Source: Woeseiaceae bacterium (GTDB lineage Bacteria > Pseudomonadota > Gammaproteobacteria > Steroidobacterales > Woeseiaceae). From it: a stretch of DNA of 64,000 bases. The notes beneath the pieces were generated by a model. That model was not told the origin of the DNA. It ran no database searches and saw only the letters and a list, made by a program, of their open reading frames with translations. The translations under genes were made by a program, and so were the position numbers. The first letter of the stretch is position 1, and every line of letters starts with the position of its first letter. Shown here in pieces: positions 39,961 through 49,100 of this stretch. The DNA lies in assembly GCA_045110335.1 (NCBI GenBank), contig JBGCGB010000005.1, positions 9,603 to 73,602 of the forward strand. Reading direction: 5' to 3'.

Positions 39961-40803
39961 ATGCACACAGATCACGTCGTTGAAATAGAAGACCTTCACT
40001 ATGCTCGTGGCGACCGGGCAATCTTTTCGGGTCTGAATCTCAATATACGTCGCGGCGAAGTCACGGCGATCATGGGGCCTAGTGGTACCGGCAAGACAAC
40101 CTTGTTGCGTTTGATCACGGGCCAGCTGTTGCCCGATCGCGGTCGAATCCGCGTTGATGGCAAATGGCTTTCCGAACTGCGTCGGCCCGGTTTGTATGAA
40201 TTGCGTCGCAAGATCGGCATGTTGTTCCAAAACGGCGCGCTGCTAACAGATCTCGACGTGTTTGAAAATGTAGCGTTCCCGTTGCGGGAACACTTCGAAC
40301 TGCCCGAACGTCTGATTCGCCACATTGTGTTGACCAAGCTGCATGCGGTCGGTCTGCGCGGCGCTGTGGAGATGCAACCGGCGGAGCTGTCGGGCGGAAT
40401 GGCGAGGCGAGTAGCGCTGGCGCGTGCGATGGCGACGGATCCAGATATTCTGATTTATGACGAACCGTTTGTTGGTCTCGACCCGATTTCAATGGGTGTG
40501 ATTGTGCGTTTGGTTCGGCGTATGAATGATGCACTGGGTATTTCTTCGATTGTGGTCAGCCATGACGTCGAGGAGATTAGCTCCGTTGCCGACAGTAGCT
40601 ATCTGATTTCAGAGGGCAAGGTGGCTGCCTCGGGTAGTCCGGACGAGCTTAGCAACGCGCAATCCGAACTTGTTCGCCAGTTTATGCACGGCATGGCCGA
40701 TGGCCCGGTACCGTTTCATTTTCCGGCGCCGGATTACGCCAGCCAGTTGTTTGGTTCCGAGAACGTGAAACGCAAAGCGGAGGGCGAACCCGATGATTCG
40801 TGA
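39961..40803 (+). CDS. mlaF: Phospholipid ABC transporter ATP-binding protein MlaF
   Basis: Walker A GPSGTGKTT, signature LSGGMARRVALARA, and Walker B LIYDEP. I place the start at ATG 39961. Confidence 0.92.
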   Translation: MHTDHVVEIEDLHYARGDRAIFSGLNLNIRRGEVTAIMGPSGTGKTTLLRLITGQLLPDRGRIRVDGKWLSELRRPGLYELRRKIGMLFQNGALLTDLDVFENVAFPLREHFELPERLIRHIVLTKLHAVGLRGAVEMQPAELSGGMARRVALARAMATDPDILIYDEPFVGLDPISMGVIVRLVRRMNDALGISSIVVSHDVEEISSVADSSYLISEGKVAASGSPDELSNAQSELVRQFMHGMADGPVPFHFPAPDYASQLFGSENVKRKAEGEPDDS

Positions 40804-41557
40804 TATCGCTAGTGCGCTTGGCGGTTTCCTGCGTACGTTTGGTGCGCTGCAGCTGTTCTTCATGCGGTTGTTGGTCGAGTCGCCACGTGTCTTGATGCGG
40901 CCGCGGCTTGTCATCCACCAGATTTTCAACGCGGGTGGTTTGTCGCTGGTTCTGATTATGACCTGCGGTTTCTTCGTAGGCGCGGTCGTTGGTTTGCAAG
41001 GGCATAGCAATCTGGCGCGGTTTGGGACTGAAGACATTCTGGGGCTGTTCTCGGCAATGTCTCTGATCAAAGAGCTGGGTCCTGTGATCACTGCATTGTT
41101 GTTTGCTGGCCGTGCCGGTACGGCGTTGGCCTCGGAGATCGGTTTGATGCGAACCACCGACCAATTGTCGGCCATGGAAATGATGGCCGTTGATCCGATT
41201 AATCGTGTCGCAGTACCACGATTTCTGGGCGGGGTGTTTTCGATGCCGCTGCTGGTCGCGATCTTCTCAACGATCGGTATTCTCGGTGCCTGGGTCGTTG
41301 GTGTGCCGTTGATGGGCGTCGACAATGGAGCATTCTGGTCCCAGATGCAGGATGGCGTTGCGAAAGCCGATGTTTACGAAGGCATCATCAAGAGTGTGGT
41401 CTTCGGTATTGCGGCGAGCCTGCTCGCTGTTTGGGAAGGCTATAACGCGATCCCTACAGCGGAAGGCGTTGGCCGAGCAACGACGAGGACAGTGGTGATT
41501 ACCGCCGTCGTTATCTTGATTTTCGATTTTATGATTACCGCAGTAGCGATCAGCTAA
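40793..41557 (+). CDS. mlaE: Phospholipid ABC transporter permease MlaE
   Basis: 254-aa MlaE/Ttg2B-type permease (ELGPVITALLFAGRAGTALASEIG). Confidence 0.92.
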   Translation: MIRDIASALGGFLRTFGALQLFFMRLLVESPRVLMRPRLVIHQIFNAGGLSLVLIMTCGFFVGAVVGLQGHSNLARFGTEDILGLFSAMSLIKELGPVITALLFAGRAGTALASEIGLMRTTDQLSAMEMMAVDPINRVAVPRFLGGVFSMPLLVAIFSTIGILGAWVVGVPLMGVDNGAFWSQMQDGVAKADVYEGIIKSVVFGIAASLLAVWEGYNAIPTAEGVGRATTRTVVITAVVILIFDFMITAVAIS

Positions 41558-41570
41558 GGGCAGATTTGTA

Positions 41571-42032
41571 ATGCAACAAACAAGAGCAGTAGAAATAGGT
41601 ACCGGTGCATTTGTAGCACTTGGTTTTGCCGCGTTGTTTTTTCTGACGACGCAAACGACCAACATTCAAAGTTTTGATGCCGGGCACTATGATGTCACCG
41701 CGCGCTTTGAAAACATTGGTGGGCTGAAGCCTCGCTCACCGGTCAACATGGCGGGTGTTCGTATTGGTCGCGTCGAATCGATCGCATTTGATCCGGAGCA
41801 ATTGGATGCTGTGGTCGTGCTGCGTATTGATGCGCAGTACAACCAGCTGCCCGATGACACCGATGCGAGCATCCTGACGTCCGGTTTGTTGGGATCCCAG
41901 TATGTAGGTCTGCAGGCAGGCGGCTCGGATATCTATTTGGAAGAGGGCAGCGAACTGCTGTTTACCCAATCAGCGATTGTCCTCGAAAACCTGATTGGTA
42001 AATTTTTAGTGAACTCCGGTGACGACGAATAG
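41571..42032 (+). CDS. mlaD: Outer membrane lipid asymmetry protein MlaD (MCE domain)
   Basis: N-terminal TM segment plus an MCE domain (FENIGGLKPRSPVNMAGVRIGRV). Confidence 0.9.
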   Translation: MQQTRAVEIGTGAFVALGFAALFFLTTQTTNIQSFDAGHYDVTARFENIGGLKPRSPVNMAGVRIGRVESIAFDPEQLDAVVVLRIDAQYNQLPDDTDASILTSGLLGSQYVGLQAGGSDIYLEEGSELLFTQSAIVLENLIGKFLVNSGDDE

Positions 42033-42061
42033 TCGACTGAGAGTAGCTTGGAGGAATTAGA

Positions 42062-42694
42062 ATGACGAAAACAATCACTAAAATACTGGCGTTGGTTTTG
42101 ATGCTGGCCTTGGCATCGCAGGTTAACGTAGCGCACGCCGAAGATGAGGCAATTGATGTCATCAACGGTGCGGTCGATGCCGTTAAAGAAGGGTTGGCCG
42201 GTCAACGGGAAACCTTCATGAATGACGAGGCAGCGCTAGTCGAGTTTGTCGATGGCTTGCTGGCGCCGCGTTTTGATCGTAACTATGCCGGACGCCTGGT
42301 GCTGGCACGCCACTGGCGCAAGGCGACGAAAGAACAAAAGCGTCGGTTTATCGACGGTTTTTATCAAACGATGCTGAAGCGTTATGCGACGGGTATTCTT
42401 GAGTTTCAGGGAGACCAGATCGAAGTGTTACCAGCTCGCGGTGAACAGAAAGGCAACCGAGCAACGGTACGCACCGTGGTGACGCTGGATAACGGCGAAG
42501 ATGTCCCGGTTAACTATGGTCTCGTGAACCGTGGTGACAACGGCTGGAAAGTTTACGATGTGACCATCGAAGGTATTTCTTATATCCGCAACTTTCGGAC
42601 CGAGCTGGATTCTGAAATCAAAAAGACGAGCCTCGATGCCGTGATCGAGCGATTCGAACGCGAAGCGGGCAGCGGCGGCGATGTCGAAGGATAA
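42062..42694 (+). CDS. mlaC: Periplasmic phospholipid-binding protein MlaC (Ttg2D)
   Basis: Signal peptide, then LLAPRFDRNYAGRLVLARHWRKATKEQKRRF and YDVTIEGISYIRNFR. Confidence 0.88.
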   Translation: MTKTITKILALVLMLALASQVNVAHAEDEAIDVINGAVDAVKEGLAGQRETFMNDEAALVEFVDGLLAPRFDRNYAGRLVLARHWRKATKEQKRRFIDGFYQTMLKRYATGILEFQGDQIEVLPARGEQKGNRATVRTVVTLDNGEDVPVNYGLVNRGDNGWKVYDVTIEGISYIRNFRTELDSEIKKTSLDAVIERFEREAGSGGDVEG

Positions 42695-43016
42695 ACGCGT
42701 CAAGACCACTTTGGCTGACAACGGTGATGGACATTTCGCTGTTGACGGCGAGCTGACTTACGAGAGTGTCGGTGATCTCCTGGATCGTGGCCAACGAGCT
42801 TTCGAAGACCATAGCCGTGTCGTTGTTGATCTCGCCAAGGTCGCCGACTCGGATAGCGCCGGCTTGGCGTTGTTGCTTGAATGGGTGACTTGGGCAAACC
42901 ATACCGTCCGCGAGATTCACTTCGTGAACATTCCACAACGTATCGTCAATATTGCATCGATCAGTGAGGTTGATGAGATGTTGAATGCAGCCGAACGCTG
43001 GCGCGGGTTTCTATAG
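42681..43016 (+). CDS. mlaB: STAS-domain protein MlaB
   Basis: 111 aa with a STAS fold sequence (VDLAKVADSDSAGLALLLEW). It is the last gene of the mla operon. Confidence 0.8.
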   Translation: MSKDKRVKTTLADNGDGHFAVDGELTYESVGDLLDRGQRAFEDHSRVVVDLAKVADSDSAGLALLLEWVTWANHTVREIHFVNIPQRIVNIASISEVDEMLNAAERWRGFL

Positions 43017-43317
43017 CTGCTAGGCACTTTGTTGTAGTGTTCATGTGCTCAAGAATTTGACCTCTTGGCGTTTGTTGTTGACGTGCAGGCTACATTGGCC
43101 AAAGTCACTTCAATACGACTATTCAGATTGTTAAATGGCCGCTTTCGCCGACCGGTAGCTGATAACTATCGTGCCACATGACCTGCAGGTTCGAACGTGG
43201 AGACTGCAGTAAGTTGCCGCCTCATGATTGATCCGTTCGAAATCATGATGCCGAATGGTATGTTTGAAAGCTTTCAAGCATGCTGGGATTGCGGTCAGTT
43301 AATGCTTGAGGGCGCTC

Positions 43318-43707
43318 ATGAAAGGTTCATGTTTCTGTAACAGGGTTCGGTTCGAAATAGATGTCGCGAAAGTTGAGGTATATCACTGTCATTGTTCGAT
43401 ATGCCGCAAAATCACTGGATCAAAGTTTAATACGGCGTTCACTGTTTCAGCCAACAACTTTCGCTGGACGAGCGACAAAGAAGGCATCAAGACCTTTCAG
43501 AAGAACGGCGACGGCTTTCGACATGATTTCTGCAGCGATTGCGGGTGCACGGTGCCTAACCGGTATAAGGACGTGAACTTTTGGGTTCCAGCGGGCTTGT
43601 TGGATGATCAAGAAGGTGTCGAAGTCACTAAGCACATATTTGTGGAATCCAAAGCCAGATGGGATGAAATAACGGATGATCTTGATCAATTTGAAGGCTA
43701 CCCCTGA
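43318..43707 (+). CDS. GFA (glutathione-dependent formaldehyde-activating enzyme/CENP-V-like) family Zn-binding protein
   Basis: The CFCNRVRF...CHCSICRK...CSDCG cysteine pattern is typical of GFA. ATG at 43318. Confidence 0.85.
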   Translation: MKGSCFCNRVRFEIDVAKVEVYHCHCSICRKITGSKFNTAFTVSANNFRWTSDKEGIKTFQKNGDGFRHDFCSDCGCTVPNRYKDVNFWVPAGLLDDQEGVEVTKHIFVESKARWDEITDDLDQFEGYP

Positions 43708-43806
43708 TCGCAAGATTGACTATCCGCTGATCGGCGAATGCGACCATTGCACAAAATGAGTTTGCATAATGAGTAATCAGAGAGAAACACTGAAGCGGAG
43801 CTTCTA

Positions 43807-44556
43807 ATGCTGACGAATCCTGACCTATGGTCAAAACTACAAAGCTATAACATTGGCTATTCGAATCCTGATTTTAGTTTTGTCGATCGACTCGCGCGCG
43901 ACAACGAATGGTCAGAAGACTATGCGCAGCGCGCCATGATCGAGTACAAGCGGTTCATCTACTTGGCGCTGACTGGCAACCAGCCGGTGACACCGTCCGA
44001 TGAAGTGGATCAAGTTTGGCATTTGCATTTGCTCTATACGCGTGACTATTGGGGTGACTTCACAGCCATTCTCGGTCAACCATTGCATCATGGTCCAACG
44101 CCGGGTGGCGCAGCAGCGCGTGGGGACTACCGTACTGCGTACCGGCAGACCAAATTATCGTACCAAGCGGAATTCGATGAGCCCCCACCGATTGATCTGT
44201 GGCCTGCCACAGCCCGACGGTTTGTGGACCCGATGCACTTTCGACGCGTCGATTTAAGACGCTACAACCTTCGAAAGAAACCAGCCGGCAGAGCCATCGC
44301 GACATCAGCGGCAATCGTGGCAGGGTTGGCGGCGACGTCCGCGTTAGCGCATGATAGTTTGCGTAGTGGCGAGGGTTTTGTTGCCTGGCTGGTGCATGTC
44401 TTGGAGTCTCACCCACTTATCGTAGCCAGTGTGTTTTTCCTTTTTGTAGTCTTGTTGTTTTTGTTGAGTATTTTTCTTCGGGCTAAACGATGGAATAACT
44501 CAAACAGCGGCTGTACAGCCTGTAGTGGTTGTGGAGGCTGCGGGGGTTGCGGATAG
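43807..44556 (+). CDS. Membrane protein with an N-terminal WHxH (GRDP/DUF1399-like) domain and a C-terminal Cys-Gly tail
   Basis: The DEVDQVWHLHLLYTRDYW motif, two hydrophobic segments, and the terminal sequence NSNSGCTACSGCGGCGGCG followed by the stop codon. Confidence 0.7.
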   Translation: MLTNPDLWSKLQSYNIGYSNPDFSFVDRLARDNEWSEDYAQRAMIEYKRFIYLALTGNQPVTPSDEVDQVWHLHLLYTRDYWGDFTAILGQPLHHGPTPGGAAARGDYRTAYRQTKLSYQAEFDEPPPIDLWPATARRFVDPMHFRRVDLRRYNLRKKPAGRAIATSAAIVAGLAATSALAHDSLRSGEGFVAWLVHVLESHPLIVASVFFLFVVLLFLLSIFLRAKRWNNSNSGCTACSGCGGCGGCG

Positions 44557-44611
44557 CGTGGTTGCGATGTCTCGATTTTGGCCTAACGTCGTCGAAGGGT
44601 TTTGATGTGCT

Positions 44612-45205
44612 ATGAAACCTGAAGAGCTAGGAAAAAAGTACGACAAGATCGCCGCATGGTGGCATGAGCAGCACAGAGACGGCGACTACGGCATCTCGCA
44701 GATTGAGAATGCGTTGAAGTTTCGCACCGAAGGCGGCAGCGCACTGGATGTGGGATGCGGCGCTGGCGGTAGAGTAGTTCGGGCGTTGCAGTCTAGAAAC
44801 TACGAAGTAACCGGTCTTGACGTGTCGTCCGAGATGATCAAGTTGGCGTCCGAGAACCACCCTGAACAGCGCTTCATCCTTCAAGACATTGGTACCTGGG
44901 TACCCGCAGAAACATTCGACTTTGTGGTCGCGTGGGATAGTCTCTTTCATGTCCCGTATCTTGAACAAGCATCAGTGATCACCAAGCTCTGTCGATCGCT
45001 GAATGGCGATGGTGTATTGGTCTATTCTTTTGGCGACGCCATCGGCGAGCATACTGACGAATGGAGAGGCGACACTTTCTACTATAGCTCGCTCGGTGTT
45101 AACGAGAATATTCGATTGATTCTTAAGAACGGACTGAAAGTTCTGCACCTGGAGCTGGATCAGTATCCCGAGAAGCATGTGTACTTGATTGCCCAAAAGC
45201 GATGA
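44612..45205 (+). CDS. Class I SAM-dependent methyltransferase
   Basis: Motif I ALDVGCGAGGRV, post-I acidic residue GLDVS, and a length of 197 aa. Confidence 0.85.
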   Translation: MKPEELGKKYDKIAAWWHEQHRDGDYGISQIENALKFRTEGGSALDVGCGAGGRVVRALQSRNYEVTGLDVSSEMIKLASENHPEQRFILQDIGTWVPAETFDFVVAWDSLFHVPYLEQASVITKLCRSLNGDGVLVYSFGDAIGEHTDEWRGDTFYYSSLGVNENIRLILKNGLKVLHLELDQYPEKHVYLIAQKR

Positions 45206-45302
45206 GCTAACTCCGCCGGGCTAATTCTGTCGAGAAGATCTCAAGTCAACGCTCCTCGCGTTATTGTTTTGTCAAGACACCAAAAAGACAGAGGGTCAAA
45301 GT

Positions 45303-45902
45303 ATGGATTTTTCTTTTGCACGCACCTTAAAGGTCACGGCCTTTTTGTTGTTACTTCTTGCAGCGACACAAGCGCTATATACGGGTCTATACATCGCAGA
45401 GATCAGTGTGCCTCGTCAATTCGTATGGGGACTGGAGTGCCTACTGTTTACTATGCTCGCCGCTTTTGCAGGTGCGGCTTTGGCGCAGGCAAAGTGTAAC
45501 CATTTGGGATGGGCTGCGATCGGATTTAGCTCGGTACTCAATATCATACAAGTCAGTGTCGGACTGACGATGTTCGGCCCGTTTCGCGAGGTGGCCGGTC
45601 AAGTTGACGGCGTGGCGCCCGCGGCCGGTGCCGTCGTCGCCTTCTCGTTTATGGTTTATTACACCGCCAAGTTTCTGTTGGGCTTAGCTGCGCTTGTGTT
45701 TGGGCTGTCCAAGATGAAAGTCGGTGGTAAGAGCTTAGGCGGTTTGACGGCGCTTGTGGGCGGTGTGGCGCTACTAGCTAACGCGACCCTGATTGTTTTC
45801 GGCCGTGGTAGTTTCTTGCCATCTCCGGTTGCCGGTGGCACTGGTGTCGTTGCGACTTTGCTTCTCGCCGTTTGTTTGGCCACTGATACGCGGAAAGACT
45901 AA
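45303..45902 (+). CDS. Hypothetical 6-TM membrane protein
   Basis: 199 aa with about 6 hydrophobic helices. ATG at 45303 is preceded by AGAGGG. I recognise no family. Confidence 0.65.
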   Translation: MDFSFARTLKVTAFLLLLLAATQALYTGLYIAEISVPRQFVWGLECLLFTMLAAFAGAALAQAKCNHLGWAAIGFSSVLNIIQVSVGLTMFGPFREVAGQVDGVAPAAGAVVAFSFMVYYTAKFLLGLAALVFGLSKMKVGGKSLGGLTALVGGVALLANATLIVFGRGSFLPSPVAGGTGVVATLLLAVCLATDTRKD

Positions 45903-46174
45903 TCGGGTCCTGTAACAGGATTGCATCGATCTATCTAGTCACGATGCGTCAGTACACAGCCGACTGCATTGCCAGTAGCAACTAGCCGGGTCCAGAGACG
46001 GGCCCTGCGTTTCCAGAACGGGGTAAAAGCCGGTTTATCCATAGACTTGAGCGTGTCGATGAACCTCGCGGAATGAAGGGTTTATCTGACAGAAAACACG
46101 TTTTGATCGAATCATGAGCCAATATCCGGCTGAACCCGGTTGTAAGAAGTACAGACACTTCAAGAGCAACCGAA

Positions 46175-49100
46175 ATGAAACAAACGTATCGACCACTCAT
46201 CGCCATCGGTTTCCCACTCATGCTGGCCGCTTGTGGAGGCGGTGGTGGCGACGACTCCAGTCCAATCGATGATACTGGTGGTGGGCCGGCCACCCCGGCG
46301 ATCTCCATCGGAGATGCGACGATCGAAGAGGGAAACAACGGTTCAAGCTCGCTGACCTTTGGTGTGTCGCTTAGCGGCACGTCGGGGAGTGATGTTATGG
46401 TCGATTTCTCGGTGATCGGTGTTGAGGCTGACGTAAGCGACTTCATTGCGGCTTCGGGCACGTTGACGATTCCTTCTGGTCAAACCGCCGGATCGATTGA
46501 TATAGCGATTCTTGGAGACACCGAGATAGAGCGTGACGAGTCTTTCGCGGTCGAGCTGGCTAATCCGGTCAATGCCACGTTGGCAATCGATACTGGCAAC
46601 GGCACGATAATCAATGATGACTTTTCGCTGCTATCTATCGGGCCAGCGACAGTTATGGAAGGCGATGAGGGCGTGTCGCCAATGACCTTTTCGGTAACCG
46701 TGGATCGTCCTGGCATCGACGAGATTAGCGTTGATTACGCGACGTCCGATGCGGCTGCATTGGCCGGTAGCGACTACGCGGCGGAGACCGGCATTCTGAC
46801 GATTCCCGTGGGCGATACGGAGGCGACTTTCATTATCGATATTGTTGGTGATGATGAAGTGGAAGCGGATGAGCAGTTTGTCATTAACCTGCTCAATGCC
46901 TCGTCCAACGCACGCATTGCTGAAGACGAAGCGACTGGTCTCATTGTGAACGATGACTTAGTCAAGGTGTCCGTAGGACCGGGCGGTGTGATCGAAACAG
47001 ATGTTGGCGTTCGAAGCGTCGCTGTACCGTTATCGCTGGATGCGCCGGCTTCGTTGGATATTGCTGTCTCGTTTCAAACCAGTGATGTCACGGCACTATC
47101 TGGTAGCGATTACACAGCGCTTGATGGAATGATCACCGTCCCGGCGGGTGAAACGATGACCTCTATTGAGGTCGATGTGATCGGCGATACTTCAGTCGAA
47201 TCCAATGAGTTTTTCCTCGTCACATTGACGAATGTCGAAGGGCCCGGCGTTCTTGATCAAGACGTCGGCATGGCGACAATCATAGACAACGACGATCCAG
47301 AGGCCTTGCCGACCTTGTTTGCCCAGCCAGCGGGCGTAACGGAAGGTGACGCTGGCACAACCAACATGCCGTTTCTGTTCTTGCTGAATGAGCCGGTGCC
47401 GGGGGACCTGCAGTTTGACATCCAGACCAACGCGCAAACCGCGACCAGTGGAGTTGACTATGAAGATATCATGACGACCATCACCATCGAAGAAGGTGCT
47501 ACCAGCGCACTGATCAATGTGACGGTGATCAATGATACCGAAGAAGAAGCCGACGAGTCATTTGTGTTGACCGTTTCGAATCCAAGCATTGAAGTGCAGA
47601 TCCCTATCGTGAATGTTATTGGCACCATCGTCGACAACGATAGTCCGGACGAAGAGCTGCAAGCACGTGTCAGTATCGCTAACGCAGAAGCTGTAGAAGG
47701 CGACTCCGGTTTTACTGATCTAGCATTCACCGTCGTCCTCAGTCAGGCCGTCGCCACATCGGTTACATTCGACTATGCGACTGAGGAAGGATCTGCCATA
47801 GCCGGTGTTGACTACAACGCGGCGAGCGGCCAAGTCACTCTGGCAGCCGGCAGTGTTTCTCGTACGATTGTTGTGAGCGCAATCGGCGATACGTTTTCCG
47901 AAGATGATGAGACGTTTTTGGTCCGGTTGAGCAATCTCTCAGGTGATGCCGAGTTTGAACGTAGTAGTGCGATTGGCACCATACTGACGGATGAGGCTTT
48001 GCTGCGCTTAAGAGTCGCTGATGCCGGTGATCTGGAAGGTAATGATAGTGACACTGAGCAACGTTTCGTTGTGTCATTAGATGCGCCGGCATTGAATACC
48101 GTCAGTTTCAATTATGAGACAACAGACGGCACAGCAATCGCGGGCGAGGACTACATCGCAAACAGTGGCTCTTCGCAGATCTTGGCAGGCGTGACCAGCA
48201 CCGAGATTCCGGTTGCCATACTTGCCGATACCGAAAATGAACCGGACGAAACCTACACCGTGACCCTGACTAACGTATCGGCCAACGCGGTGGTACAAGA
48301 TGCGACGGCAATGGGTACAATCGTCAATGATGACGGCACGCCGGGTTGGCAAACACCGACGACGTTGGGCGGCGGTTTTGACTATCATCGTATTGCGATG
48401 CATCCCGATGGCAATGGTGCGGCTGTACTCATTGGTGCGACCGATCCGATAACGTTCAACAATCCCGTGTTAGTCGCACGGTTTTCGAATGGCGCGTGGC
48501 TCGACCCTGAGCCAACGGGTGGATCGTTGCGAATCGGATTCGCACAAGACCCTGCCGTTACGATGCTAGATAACGATCGCATTCTGGTTGCCTGGCCGAC
48601 GCGGAGCGAAGTTCAGAGTGCGTTGTACGATGAAACGGGAAACTGGAACTTACAGACGCTTTGGAATGAGCAAGGGTTCTTTGTGGATCTCGCGAATGAT
48701 GCATTGGGCAACGCCGCGTTAGCGTTCGAGGGTGATGGTAGCAATGTCGATCCCAGCGACATTCTTCGTGATTCTTTCGATGCGACAACCGAAACCTGGG
48801 TTGGCATTGAGGTTGCCGAGAACGACGATACCGGAAGAGCCAGTGAGCCGTTGATAACAATGGACGATGACGGCAACCGACTGATTTTCTGGAGTCAGGT
48901 GTTCAGTGACAGCGCACTTAACGGTTACTACTACAATTACTTTGATGCTCAAAGCGCGAGCTGGAGTGGCCCGATACTCATCCCGGAGTTGCTGTTTTCC
49001 AGGAATGCTTTTCTCGATCGTCTGCAAGACGGGCGCCCGGCATTGATCACGCAGATCACCAGCGGTGCTGATAGCGTTATCGAACTTTGGATTTTCGATC

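Noticed and set aside
43175-43205. A tRNA-like T-loop string (GGTTCGAAC) that might mark a tRNA or tRNA fragment at the left border of the accessory block.
   Set aside because: The flanking bases do not form a T-stem, an acceptor stem or any other part of a cloverleaf. The local symmetry comes from two CTGCAG palindromes.
43222-43340. A 39-codon ORF (MIDPFEIMMPNGMFESFQACWDCGQLMLEGAHERFMFL) upstream of and overlapping the GFA gene start.
   Set aside because: It has no ribosome-binding site, it overlaps the better-supported GFA start in another frame, and I have no evidence of conservation.
45982-46461. A 159-aa minus-strand ORF spanning the intergenic region and the 5' end of the Calx-beta lipoprotein gene.
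   Set aside because: It has a low-complexity Pro/Ser-rich translation and overlaps the well-supported lipoprotein start (lipobox and signal peptide). I recognise no family and see no ribosome-binding site.
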